Shown in pieces: positions 38,601 through 48,175 of a stretch of 60,674 bases of DNA. The translations under genes were made by a program, and so were the position numbers. Source of the DNA: a virus (taxonomy: Duplodnaviria; Caudoviricetes); IMG/VR virus record IMGVR_UViG_3300017774_001580, positions 1 through 60,674 of that record; one strand, given 5' to 3'. The stretch's first letter is position 1. Every line of letters starts with the position of its first letter. Under the pieces are notes generated by a model, which ran no database searches, had not been told where the DNA came from, and saw only the letters and a list, made by a program, of their open reading frames with translations.

Positions 38601-40289
38601 ATCAAATGGAGGAGTTTGAGTATAATCATAATACACGATAGCTAAAAACTGTAAAGAAAAAACATTACTACTTGGAGAAGCTGTTATTGCTATCGGCTGT
38701 CCATTTGCTGTGATTCCACTCTCATATTTAATCCCATTGTATGCAAATAATGAAAAGAACTGAGGCCAAGCACAATTGTATATATCGGTAAAAGTTAATC
38801 CATCGCAAGAGTCGTCACCTCCAGGAGTTGGGTTGTATATAGGCTTTATATTTGCTGCTGTTCCTATTGCTTGTTGAAATTCTATGCTTGTTGCTAATTG
38901 ATAAGGTGAGCTATAGTTTACTGGTAGAGTAAAAGTAAAACTGCAACTTACGTCATAACCAAAAGTAGAAAAAGTGTTAAAGGTTATATCAAATGCCAAT
39001 ATCCTACCTTGCAATAATGGTATACCTGTCAAATCTATGTCTAGCTGAGTATCAGGTCTAGTACAAGGGGGAGAGCAAGGATTAAAATAGGTATTCGAAA
39101 GAGGTAAAGAACTATCGCTAGTAGTAGATGGAATATCATTTGTTCCAATAAACTGAGATACTAGTGCAGTAGTATAGTCAAATCTTACATCTTGCCCATT
39201 ACTATCGATTATGTTATATCCATCTACATAGTTCCCATACATCAACCTGTTGCCCATAATTGTTTGAGCCTTAGCTAATCTTGGAACATTGTCATAGAGT
39301 CTCAATAGCTCTGACTCTGGTAGGATAGTAAATATTTTATTATTTATAAATAAGTACGTTTGAATAGTATTGTCTGCCCATCCCACATTCTGCTTAGTGA
39401 ATCGCTCGATTACTTTTATAATATTTCCTGTTGAATCTTTATATAGTAAATCAATACCAACTACTAATGGACCACCTGTATTAAAACTTACATTAACAGC
39501 ATTAAACTTGTTCTCCATTCCTTGATTAAGGAAGTTGTTTGTGCTGAACTGAAAAGAGCTTGGCTCAAATGCAATCTCAGACCATTGAGATGTAGCGGTG
39601 TATTCCCCATCAATGTATTTATACCTATAAGCAAAGCATAAAAACCTATCCTCAAGATAATTTTCCTGACCATCTACCTCAATAAGAGCTATTGTTGGCG
39701 CTTCGGTAGGTGGCTTCTTGATTACAAGTATTGTCTCTCTGAGCAGGTCAGGCTGTCCATTATAGTCAACACCTGCCCCATTAGGATTAGCGTAGCCCCT
39801 ATTGATATTGATGAACCTAGGCTGATTATAGTCATCAGTCCAAAATAATAAATCCTCAACAATATCTACCCCTGTAATCAAATAGTCAGGGTTGAAATTC
39901 AATGTAGTATTTACTCCTCCTCCATCGTCCATGCTAATAATATGATATGTCAATGCCTGAGATACCATATTAAAAGAAACCACTAGGTCAATCTTATTAG
40001 TATTTGACTTATTAAACATCGGATCATGAACAAACCAATACAAAGTCTCGCGAGCGCTGTCATTGATCGCACCGATACATCTAGCATCAGTACTCAATGG
40101 ATTGCCAGCATAAGATAACACAGTCAATGGCAAGTTACCATTCGTATTCTCAATAACTCCTGCCTCCGACTTCTCTGTCGATCCCATCCTGACATTCATA
40201 GCGTCAATGTACTCCCCATCAGGGACTACTCGCTCATCGAATGTCTTATTCATTTTACCGGCAATAAAGTTCCTTGTAAAATTCGCCAT
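35616..40289 (-). CDS. Tail stabilisation / nozzle protein
   Basis: NF.AGKMNK..DER.VP.GEY.DA.N start, LFWTD..NQPR.INI, FAYRY, GNRLMYGNY; follows the ring proteins. Confidence 0.7.
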   Translation of the reverse strand: MANFTRNFIAGKMNKTFDERVVPDGEYIDAMNVRMGSTEKSEAGVIENTNGNLPLTVLSYAGNPLSTDARCIGAINDSARETLYWFVHDPMFNKSNTNKIDLVVSFNMVSQALTYHIISMDDGGGVNTTLNFNPDYLITGVDIVEDLLFWTDDYNQPRFININRGYANPNGAGVDYNGQPDLLRETILVIKKPPTEAPTIALIEVDGQENYLEDRFLCFAYRYKYIDGEYTATSQWSEIAFEPSSFQFSTNNFLNQGMENKFNAVNVSFNTGGPLVVGIDLLYKDSTGNIIKVIERFTKQNVGWADNTIQTYLFINNKIFTILPESELLRLYDNVPRLAKAQTIMGNRLMYGNYVDGYNIIDSNGQDVRFDYTTALVSQFIGTNDIPSTTSDSSLPLSNTYFNPCSPPCTRPDTQLDIDLTGIPLLQGRILAFDITFNTFSTFGYDVSCSFTFTLPVNYSSPYQLATSIEFQQAIGTAANIKPIYNPTPGGDDSCDGLTFTDIYNCAWPQFFSLFAYNGIKYESGITANGQPIAITASPSSNVFSLQFLAIVYYDYTQTPPFDLVALFGTIKNASVQLQDLSSQKSLHSNRDYEIGIVYMDEFGRSTLTNVSSLNTVHVPCSYSSLVNSITVTIPTTQVAPYWAKRYKFVCKANQAGYETIYSSIFFTNSSTQETYFLLQGENPRKVEEGDRLTVKADSEGPMQTCVFATVLEKEAKQSGFDPLITPTPPAGVYMKIKANGFSVNPLSYSTIEFGTLTAVSSTSGTSPILAYPMSLEDPSNPGFYIPYTVDAGTVIVFDIRFERIGFGGNACEKRIYTLKKTYTSSSNYANMEDWFINDNIASTLNDGDQEVGGGACPVNNIFIPTNGTITSGQLCDNYWRFYLHPITGALELYMSGTWACGSTQNRKSRVIANITVFRTAESIIFETQPIDTLPDVFFENELSFPIDANGNHLSNGAPGDQSQDIATSTPAIIQTGFFNCFAFGNGAESYKIRDSIIGRDFNLGNRVTTVAAQDYKESRRFADITYSGVYNPETNVNKLNEFNGALLNYKNLELSFGAIYILDGRETDVLTLQEDKVSYVLAGKNLLSDAAAGGAITSVPEVLGTQIARVENYGISFNPESYTKWGYDKFFTDAKRGAVIQLKGNSYSNEQLAVISDMNMRTWFRDEFIARFNNQKLGAFDPYMNEYVLTLNDREIPMEEDCIKCGITRTFTFAQGKLTSSIDFCVDFATKVGPVNVDWLVQTIDVLADFVIEVEYDGTIYTSGPQTSSGYFDFFKIYQSPSTGTVTITATGNVVLSVTVGCPVPVPMTLIEVVLTDDCDAGLTTLKQFNYVNGPFTSPIQSNFFIFTSGTNNPLVSYYLTTSGFEGQGSLPPEGSLMTLQINETPPYVSYVFEPGQNKFRYARKNILYGNNDVDMQALLAVSSIATPILNPSTGIYNAAFTVPPTVDGQYLYLIWDLRSSIGVQLCYHPTALDEVCCNCEPCLAECNSYVFSNPKTATEDAIIEFPLGLCGSPETYTETLAPNSSISLCIPNDKDNYTILQGNPIIYMESCGCGD

Positions 40290-40291
40290 TG

Positions 40292-41266
40292 TTATTTGAT
40301 TATCTTATCCATTCCTCTCAGATTCATTAAGAGCCTTCCTGGATGAATGTTGCTGATTCTTATTTTTGCATTTCTTAAAAGCGCCTGCTTCTCCTTTCTA
40401 GCTCTCGCTATAATGTACTCCTGTACACCAAGCTTGCTATTTAGTATCTCATATCTGATATAAGCGTACACATACTGCTCAAACAATTTATTTACCGAGA
40501 TAGCCGAGTTGTCACCATTCTCCATACCATCAGACACATACTCAAGGATAACTGTTGAAGATAGATTGTGATGGTGGTTTGGATCGTTATTATTATTGTG
40601 GTGGTTATAACCCAAGATTGCGCTGTCAAAGTTTATTACCCCTGCTTTCTTGTCAATGTTAAACGTAGGGTTGCGATTAGCTGTCTCTGTATTGAGACCA
40701 AATCTAGCACCTATGCTATGCTCAAAATACCAATTGCCGTCACAGCAATATCCCTCATGTCCGTGAAACTGATGGCCATGATTGAGGTAAATACTTTTCT
40801 TGGTTCCTTTGATTCGATCGTAGTCAATGTTTGAGTACTGTGGTTCCAAGATGTTACCATTTTGGTCAAACAAAATATTGCAATCATTGTCCTGCAAATA
40901 GGCCTTTGATGATAGTGTTTGTATATTCTCAGAAAGAGGCAACAGAGTTCCATTCACATAAAGCGAGATGCGCACCCAGTTGACAAAGTCATGCGGCAGC
41001 ACATAGCGTAGCTGGTCGCAGACGCTAAGCTCAAGGACTTTAATCTCCTTGAATGCGTCATAGTTCAACTCCTGAATAGCTCTCTTTGCGTGGAACAATG
41101 TCTTATATCGCTCCTCGTTATTGACCAATGAGTGATTGCCGGTGTACATCAACTGAAAGTTGTTGACGATGTCGAACAGGCTAACATATTGGTACGAACC
41201 CCAATTGGCATCCGTTGGATTATTGCCATTATTGGTGTAATACTGAAAATTTGATATATATGCCAT
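40292..41266 (-). CDS. Tail ring / adaptor protein with His/Asn-rich insert
   Basis: LPHDFVNWVRIS, VILEYVSDG; position after the capsid genes. Confidence 0.6.
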   Translation of the reverse strand: MAYISNFQYYTNNGNNPTDANWGSYQYVSLFDIVNNFQLMYTGNHSLVNNEERYKTLFHAKRAIQELNYDAFKEIKVLELSVCDQLRYVLPHDFVNWVRISLYVNGTLLPLSENIQTLSSKAYLQDNDCNILFDQNGNILEPQYSNIDYDRIKGTKKSIYLNHGHQFHGHEGYCCDGNWYFEHSIGARFGLNTETANRNPTFNIDKKAGVINFDSAILGYNHHNNNNDPNHHHNLSSTVILEYVSDGMENGDNSAISVNKLFEQYVYAYIRYEILNSKLGVQEYIIARARKEKQALLRNAKIRISNIHPGRLLMNLRGMDKIIK

Positions 41267-41269
41267 TTG

Positions 41270-42232
41270 TTATGAATTTACAGATTGTTGTTGCTCCTGA
41301 GACATAGCGAATTGAGCCACCTCAGTCTCGCGAATGCTAATGCCACAGTACTGTAATATTTTCATTGCAAGCTTGTACTCATCCTCAAGTGGCAGGTCAA
41401 AGTCCTGGTAGTCAGGCTGTGATTGGTCAAATACAGGCTCACCACTAGCAAGTGAGATGTATGTCCATTTCGGTGGTCTTGGGTATGCAAAGTAAACCGC
41501 CTGCACAGCGCCATACCCTGATACGCTAACTGGATACACAGTAAGAACATTGCTATTAGACAATGTGTACGCAGGATACTGAGCAGATGGAGTAGTGAGC
41601 AGGGATTGGTTTAGCATAAGTATTTTACCCATTGTCACCTTCTCAGCCTCGCTGATCACCGATGCCTTGTATACCTTATAGTCTTGGCCTATAGCCGTAA
41701 AGATGTCATCTGTTATATCAAGGGCTGTAGCTGACACGCCTGTCACGAATGCACTCTCATTGAGAGTGGTATTGACAACTACGTCACCAATAGATACGCC
41801 TGTCGTTAAAAAGTTCGTACCGGCATCAATCAATTGGTATGACGGTACAGTGTTTGTATTGGCTCCTGATGCCAACACAGTGGTGTAGCAGTTAACTCTA
41901 TTTATCAAGTAGTAGTCAGACCCTGTTGTTGTTAGCGATGGAGCGAAGAAATTATTGCCGATGTAACCTGATGCAGCAGGGCTTGGTACAAGGAACTTAG
42001 TAGTAATAAATGTCTCTAGCAGCTCTGCTATAGGTTGCTCTAAGTCTGCATAGTCAGTGCCTGCCATGCGACCATTCTCCATATTTATAACCTTGTTGTA
42101 TGCGGCAAAGTACTCCTCAAATATCTCCATCTGAGCTTGCAATGCATACAGGTTGAAGTCAGCCGGTGAGATGTACCCATAGTTGTTCTTGTTCAGAACA
42201 GACTGCACTGTATTTCTTACTGAGTTGATCAT
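41270..42232 (-). CDS. Tail ring / adaptor protein
   Basis: INSVRNTV..VLNK...GYISP.DFN..A..AQ; P.PPKWTY; position. Confidence 0.6.
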   Translation of the reverse strand: MINSVRNTVQSVLNKNNYGYISPADFNLYALQAQMEIFEEYFAAYNKVINMENGRMAGTDYADLEQPIAELLETFITTKFLVPSPAASGYIGNNFFAPSLTTTGSDYYLINRVNCYTTVLASGANTNTVPSYQLIDAGTNFLTTGVSIGDVVVNTTLNESAFVTGVSATALDITDDIFTAIGQDYKVYKASVISEAEKVTMGKILMLNQSLLTTPSAQYPAYTLSNSNVLTVYPVSVSGYGAVQAVYFAYPRPPKWTYISLASGEPVFDQSQPDYQDFDLPLEDEYKLAMKILQYCGISIRETEVAQFAMSQEQQQSVNS

Positions 42233-42246
42233 TCTCTATTTTTTTA

Positions 42247-42285
42247 CAAATATAAAAAAAAGAGGGCATATATTTACACCCTCTC
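42247..42285 (-). terminator. Terminator overlapping a TATATTTG -7 promoter element
   Basis: Minus strand AGAGGG...CCCTCT plus T run, then TATATTTG at 42254-42247. Confidence 0.6.
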
Positions 42286-42315
42286 TTACTATAACTCTAA
42301 AATATTTTCACTTGA

Positions 42316-43068
42316 CTACGTTAAGTATGTCTCTAACATCTTTAGCGCATCAAGGCCTTCGTCACTTTGTAAGAACTGTCCAGCAAAATCATGTGGGTCA
42401 GCACCGAATGGTATTGAACACATTTTCTTTTTGTTGGATGGTGTAGTAAACCAAATCTCTCTGTCATTATTGCGGAGAGCCAATAGTCTCTTTTCGAAGA
42501 ATAGCATAATCTTGCCTTGGTATTTTAACTCAGGGTCATTTATGGTTTGCATAAATTCTCTTGGGTATGATTTGGCAAAAATAAGCATATCTCTTTTAAG
42601 TTCTGCCGTTGAGATAGCTGATGGGTCTTTACCGAATAACACCCTTGTCATAATCTCAAGCTGCTCAATACTTAAACCTCTAGCTGCAATCAATGCATCT
42701 ACCTCAGTGTTTAAGTCCTCAACTTCTTCAAATGCCTCTCTCTCCTTATCTACCTCTTCAAATACTTTTCCATTCATTGGATGATAATGCATAAAAGCTT
42801 GAAGGGCAGGATTTGTTTTTGAAACAGTTAAAAGTCCATCTTCAAAAATAATAGGCTCTAAAATAGCGTTACCATCTTGCTCATCCTCGAATGGGGACTT
42901 TTGATTTGACGCATATCTCAGCGCTCTGTTTATATTGTTCTTTTCATCATACCACATCAATGGGAACCTTGAATTATTTCTTGATGCCAATGTGTATGAC
43001 AATGGAGATGAGTCTCCTCTTAATCTATATACCTTATCAGTAGGTACCATTTTCTTTAACTCAGACAT
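42316..43068 (-). CDS. Conserved protein downstream of the major capsid gene
   Basis: About 250 aa from ATG 43068; RALRYA.NQKSPFEDEQ, IIFEDG.L.V. Confidence 0.7.
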   Translation of the reverse strand: MSELKKMVPTDKVYRLRGDSSPLSYTLASRNNSRFPLMWYDEKNNINRALRYASNQKSPFEDEQDGNAILEPIIFEDGLLTVSKTNPALQAFMHYHPMNGKVFEEVDKEREAFEEVEDLNTEVDALIAARGLSIEQLEIMTRVLFGKDPSAISTAELKRDMLIFAKSYPREFMQTINDPELKYQGKIMLFFEKRLLALRNNDREIWFTTPSNKKKMCSIPFGADPHDFAGQFLQSDEGLDALKMLETYLT

Positions 43069-43089
43069 ATATTTAATTTGATTTAATTT

Positions 43090-43121
43090 AAAAAAAAGGA
43101 GAGTGCCGTAAGACACTCCCC
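43090..43121 (-). terminator. Rho-independent terminator after the major capsid gene
   Basis: GGGGAGTGTC-TTAC-GGCACTCTCC followed by T8. Confidence 0.85.
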
Positions 43122-43134
43122 AGTATTCACCTTA

Positions 43135-44601
43135 TTAACCGTATCTAAACAAAACGAAGTTGTTGGCACCAAGGGTACAAACACAACGTTCAGAAAGGAA
43201 GTTTACTTCCATTGCATCCAAGTCGCTAGTAGCAGCACCACCGGCAGACCCTGTAATCCAAGTCTTGTATCTACGATCCTCAGACTCAGTTGCGCGGTAG
43301 CGAACATGAAGGAATGGACGCTTAGCGTTTTTGCCCATAATCTGGTCGTAAACAGAAGTTGAACCGGCAGGAACCATAAGACCTGTAATTGTACCAAAGG
43401 CAGCAGCGTTTGTCGAAAGACCTCCACGCATAGTTGGATCATTCAAGTACTTCCAATCTGATTTGTAGAAGTCATAACCACGTCTGAAGCCTGAGAATCC
43501 AAGATTCAAAGCCATAGTTACGTCATTGTCAAATAGACCGTAAGAAGCACCGTAAGAAGGAGTACCAACAGCAGTTGTACTTGCACCGTTAAGGCCTGCA
43601 AGCATACCGTCAATGTCAAAGCTCAATTGACGATTTACAAACAATACATTCTCCTCAATAGCTCCTTGCTTGTCAAGACGTTGTACGATTGTATCCCAAT
43701 CAGCAAGAGATGTTGGCGTACCACCACCCCATACGTTACCACGACTATTTACAACGTAGAAGATACCTTCAGATCCTTTGTTACCAACAGTGGTGTTAAT
43801 AACCTGAGTAGCAGCACCAGAACCAGCAGCAGCAGGAACTGCTTCAATCATTGCAGTCTCCATGTAGTCCTCAAAGCGAAGACGAGTCTCATGCTCTGAT
43901 TTTAGGTACCAAAGGTAGCCAGTAGCACCGTTCTCAGTTGTAACCTCAACCCATCCAATCTGAGCCATATCAGAACCATTTACAGCGTAACGGTCTTTTA
44001 GTATGATTGGAGAATTTGAGTATATATCAGGTTCAGATTCAAGAGAACCAATCATTCCATTAGTTCCTTTCTTAAATTCAGAACCATAAATAAATACTGT
44101 ACAATTACTTGTAGCTCCAGCAAATGTTTGACCACCTGCTTCGTAATAAGCAACAACAAATGTACCCGCAACACCAGCACCACCACCTTGTGTTACTGTA
44201 GTTACAATACCTTTATTTGAAAGATTAGTAGTTGCGTCTTGAATAAATACAGTTTGTCCTACTCTAATTGCAACAGAACCAACACCATTCGCTGAGGGAA
44301 CTGTGTATGTTGCAGTATTAGTATTTATGACGCTACCTGATGTACATCCTGTATATTTAATGTGCAAACGACCTTGTTCTGACCATTTTACTTGGTCAGA
44401 GTTTGAAGGCATCTCAGCACCTACAAGGCGCAAGAATGATGCAATTGTTCTGTTACCATAACGCTCAAATTCCTTCTCATAAGTATCAGGAAGATACTGA
44501 TTCAAGAAATCGAAGTTGGTAATATAGTTTTGTTGTAAAGCCAATTGTTCCGCTGATGGTTGCAACGCAAACGTAGGACTTGCTAATACTGAACCTGCCA
44601 T
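43135..44601 (-). CDS. Major capsid protein
   Basis: 488 aa after portal and scaffold, followed by a strong terminator; FLNQYLPD.YEKEFERYGNRTI, W.EQGRLH motifs. Confidence 0.8.
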   Translation of the reverse strand: MAGSVLASPTFALQPSAEQLALQQNYITNFDFLNQYLPDTYEKEFERYGNRTIASFLRLVGAEMPSNSDQVKWSEQGRLHIKYTGCTSGSVINTNTATYTVPSANGVGSVAIRVGQTVFIQDATTNLSNKGIVTTVTQGGGAGVAGTFVVAYYEAGGQTFAGATSNCTVFIYGSEFKKGTNGMIGSLESEPDIYSNSPIILKDRYAVNGSDMAQIGWVEVTTENGATGYLWYLKSEHETRLRFEDYMETAMIEAVPAAAGSGAATQVINTTVGNKGSEGIFYVVNSRGNVWGGGTPTSLADWDTIVQRLDKQGAIEENVLFVNRQLSFDIDGMLAGLNGASTTAVGTPSYGASYGLFDNDVTMALNLGFSGFRRGYDFYKSDWKYLNDPTMRGGLSTNAAAFGTITGLMVPAGSTSVYDQIMGKNAKRPFLHVRYRATESEDRRYKTWITGSAGGAATSDLDAMEVNFLSERCVCTLGANNFVLFRYG

Positions 44602-44622
44602 TTTTTTAAATTTTTAATTTGT

Positions 44623-45687
44623 CTACAATTTTTTTATACTGCGGATTTTTAAGCTTTTTCCATGGTCAGGATTAACCGCTTTAACCTGAAACCCATCATT
44701 CCCCCTCGTTGTCTCATTTGCCTTACGCTCAGACATATTTATATTCTTAGTCTTACGCATAAAGTCATCTGCTGCATCAGTCATACCTTGCTCATAAAAG
44801 AACTTGGCAAACCTCTCAGGGTTCATTGCAACAGCCAAAGCCTTATGGTATCCACCTGCATCTTTAATCAAGCCGCTATCATCGATAAACTTACCGATAA
44901 AGCTTGATGGATTTGAGTGTAACTTTTTAAGCTCATTAGCATCCCCAGGATTAAAATTAAGCTTTTTGTTATTGACACTAAATTCAAAACCTTTGAAATT
45001 ACCATCAAATACCTCATTGGTTTTTTGTTCAAACCATTGACGCTTACGATTATTCTCCTCCTCGATCGTCTTAGCCTGTTGCATATATTGACGATAAGCA
45101 TTGAACTCCTCTTTCTCTTCCTGAGACATACCTGCCGTACTTGACTCAAGGGGCATCTTATACATCTCCTTTTGAGAGTTGAAAAACTTCTTTGCCTCAT
45201 TAACAGCTTTCTTTCTTGACAGCTTTGCCTTTTTAATATAAGACTCGTCATCAAGGTCCTCGTCATACCTGTAATCATCCAACATCATCTCAACGTCATC
45301 TTCGTCAAGACCATCTTGTGTAGATAACAAGTACTCTTTAATTAGCTGCTCTTCCGGAACAGAATCGAAATCTTTCTTCAACTTGATAAAGTCTTCGAAT
45401 CCTCTTCCTGTGTCTTTTCTATATTTCATATAAGCAGCTACATCCTCTGGCATCTCCTCTGAGTTACGCTCAGCCATCAATTCATCGAATGAGTTAATCT
45501 GCTTGTTGTATCTTTTCCCTATATATGAAAGAACGTCTTCTTCTTTTAACTCAGGCTCCTGCGAGAAGCTTTCCTGCGGTGCATCTTGCGACAATGACTG
45601 CTCATGCTTCTCAAGAAGTTCCTTTTCTACCTCTTGAACACTCTTAGGTTCTGTTGAGTCTAATATTCTTACTGCTTTAAATTCCAT
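44623..45687 (-). CDS. Capsid scaffolding protein
   Basis: Acidic coiled coil between portal and capsid; TAAATTTG -7 element at 45717-45710. Confidence 0.65.
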   Translation of the reverse strand: MEFKAVRILDSTEPKSVQEVEKELLEKHEQSLSQDAPQESFSQEPELKEEDVLSYIGKRYNKQINSFDELMAERNSEEMPEDVAAYMKYRKDTGRGFEDFIKLKKDFDSVPEEQLIKEYLLSTQDGLDEDDVEMMLDDYRYDEDLDDESYIKKAKLSRKKAVNEAKKFFNSQKEMYKMPLESSTAGMSQEEKEEFNAYRQYMQQAKTIEEENNRKRQWFEQKTNEVFDGNFKGFEFSVNNKKLNFNPGDANELKKLHSNPSSFIGKFIDDSGLIKDAGGYHKALAVAMNPERFAKFFYEQGMTDAADDFMRKTKNINMSERKANETTRGNDGFQVKAVNPDHGKSLKIRSIKKL

Positions 45688-45739
45688 TTGATTTTATTTT
45701 AATTATTTGCAAATTTATAAAAAATTTTATTAAGTAGTA

Positions 45740-48175
45740 TTATCTCGGATTAAATTCTGCTAAATCAAATCCATCTAAGCTATCTTCGTTGCTTTCAAAG
45801 CTCAATGGAGGTAGATTATTCTTTCTCTGATTGATGAGTTTTGACTGCTGAGTGTTCTGAATACCTATGCGCTTATTCTTCTCCTCCTCTCTTTTATTCT
45901 CTCTGCTCGTCAATAAACTTGACTGCATCTCGTGCATCTTCATATTGTATTGAAACTCCTCTGCCATTAGCTTAGACTTGATTCCTGCTTCGAACTCCAT
46001 CTTCTTCATTTGCCCCTCTATCTCTGCCTGGATAACCATTGTCTTTGACTGGGCCTCAAGTTGTATCTTTTGCACTGCCATCTCGGCCGCCATCTGTTGA
46101 GATTGTAACTGCTGCTGTGACTGCATCGCCTGCTTTTGCATCATCATCTGCTCCATTCTCTCGGCATTCTTAACTCGCTTGAGCTTCAGTAGCTGATTGG
46201 CTAGCTTGAGATTTTTAAGCTCTCTAATGTCAATAGCATCCTCAAGGTTGATGTCACCTTTCGATAAGGCTATTTGTATATTGGCTTCTAGTTGTGCTTT
46301 CTGCTCCTCATCAGGGGTTACCTCAATGAATATGCCAAAGTCATAAATATATAACTCTTTGATATCATTTAAGATGGAAACATTGTATCTGCCAATTCTC
46401 ATAGCAAAGTCCTCTTTGAAGTCTGAGTACTCTAATACGTCAGATACCCTGTAGGTAATCGCCTCTGCTAATTTTCTGTAGATAAATAATGCACTCTCAA
46501 GGATGTGTCTTGTTGCTGTATTTGAGTTGAGTGCTGCCATCTTCTGTAGACCCACCAAAGAGTTCGGGTCAGGCGTTGAGCCATCTCTCGCCTCATTAAG
46601 ACCTGTTACGGTCCTAATCATGTCCATATAGTGCTGGTAGTTGGCGATGAGCATTTGCGTCTTTGCTGCCCCTGAGTTTGACGTAAGCTGAGTAATCGGC
46701 ACCCTAGCATTATTGAAGTCACCATCTTGGGTGAAGCTTCTACCGATAACACTACCTGTTTGGAAATAGAGCCTTAGTGCGTCCTCAGGGTTATATGCGG
46801 CACCTGTACCTAGGTCAACCTCATTTAGGCCGTCAGCGTCAATGAATACACCGTCAGGCACAACCCTGTTGATGACCTGCTGTAGCTTTAAGTGAGTTAT
46901 CTGAATCAAGTCAGCGAATGGTATCATCCTTCTTACCAACGACTCAATAACCCCCTTGTACATCCTTGGGGCACAGGCCACAAACATTGGCATTGCGTGT
47001 TGTGCTGATGACTTTGGTCTGACCATATTCTCAGCCATCTCCCATTTAACCAAGTAGTTGGTCCCCATTACCATGACACCCTCATACCACACGTCAATGG
47101 TCTTATCAACCTTCTCGAAGTTACCCTCCTCCATCATCTCTGCCGGAGGATTGAACGTATCGTCCTTTGGTATCATCTTGACCGTGCCTGTCTCTGTTGT
47201 CTTCTTCTTATAGACTATCTTTTTGGTTGTCTTATAGTTAAAATATAGCAGAGTGCAAGTGTCCCTACTAAACAAGCTATTCTCATAGAATCTTGCAACA
47301 TTATAATAGTCGTACCAAGACTGGCTGTATTGTGAGATTTTTTGTAAATCATCTTTTGTTAGTTTTGGATTGATTTTGTACAGCTCCGTAAGAGGCAAAG
47401 TTTTAATCTCACCCCAATAGAAGCAGTCTTCAAAGAATGGATCCTCGGTATAGCTATAGACCAAATTAGCCGGATCTACATATGAAATCCTTACACCTTC
47501 ACCTAGTAAGAACTCGTGCTTTGCCACTGCTATACCAAGTACAGTCATGTCATAGTCTAAGCGCTTTCTCGTGTCGTAGTAGTGGTTCTCGTCAAAGATT
47601 GTGTTTATTGCTACCTCCTCTGCTATCTCAATTGCAGGCTTGTAATTTATTTGCATATACAATGACAGCTCCTCGTCATTCTCAGGTAGCGTGTTCGGGT
47701 CTGTAACAAATGGATTGGCGCCTGTGAACTTTTGGATTGTCTCAAATATTGGCTTGCCAATCATCTGAGTCTCTATCATGTCTTGGTACTTATTGCGCTT
47801 TGCCAATGACATAGCATCATGGGCGTATGCCTTTGGCTTGAATAGCCTGTCAGCCATTCCGTTCACTACAATGTCAACAAACTTTGGTATAACTGGAACA
47901 GGAGTCCAATCGATATTCAAATAAGATAAGTCACCATCAATCGCTAGCTCGTTCTTATACTTTGCTACCGACTGCTCACCCCTCGCATAGAGCCTAAGCT
48001 TATGGAACTCTCTCCATCTGCTGTAGTACCTACAAGATGTACCATCCTTTCTAAACCACTCATATTGGATTGCCTGTCCAACTTGCAGCCCATAGCTTTC
48101 TGATGCCTTCTCTGCGTCAGTTGCCCATTGTTTAGGGAAGTCCGAGTACTGTATGTCTATGATTATATCTTTCAT
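45740..48175 (-). CDS. Portal protein
   Basis: 811 aa after TerL; W.PVP.IPKFVDIVVNG, TGLNEARDGS, Gln/Met-rich C-terminal coil. Confidence 0.85.
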   Translation of the reverse strand: MKDIIIDIQYSDFPKQWATDAEKASESYGLQVGQAIQYEWFRKDGTSCRYYSRWREFHKLRLYARGEQSVAKYKNELAIDGDLSYLNIDWTPVPVIPKFVDIVVNGMADRLFKPKAYAHDAMSLAKRNKYQDMIETQMIGKPIFETIQKFTGANPFVTDPNTLPENDEELSLYMQINYKPAIEIAEEVAINTIFDENHYYDTRKRLDYDMTVLGIAVAKHEFLLGEGVRISYVDPANLVYSYTEDPFFEDCFYWGEIKTLPLTELYKINPKLTKDDLQKISQYSQSWYDYYNVARFYENSLFSRDTCTLLYFNYKTTKKIVYKKKTTETGTVKMIPKDDTFNPPAEMMEEGNFEKVDKTIDVWYEGVMVMGTNYLVKWEMAENMVRPKSSAQHAMPMFVACAPRMYKGVIESLVRRMIPFADLIQITHLKLQQVINRVVPDGVFIDADGLNEVDLGTGAAYNPEDALRLYFQTGSVIGRSFTQDGDFNNARVPITQLTSNSGAAKTQMLIANYQHYMDMIRTVTGLNEARDGSTPDPNSLVGLQKMAALNSNTATRHILESALFIYRKLAEAITYRVSDVLEYSDFKEDFAMRIGRYNVSILNDIKELYIYDFGIFIEVTPDEEQKAQLEANIQIALSKGDINLEDAIDIRELKNLKLANQLLKLKRVKNAERMEQMMMQKQAMQSQQQLQSQQMAAEMAVQKIQLEAQSKTMVIQAEIEGQMKKMEFEAGIKSKLMAEEFQYNMKMHEMQSSLLTSRENKREEEKNKRIGIQNTQQSKLINQRKNNLPPLSFESNEDSLDGFDLAEFNPR

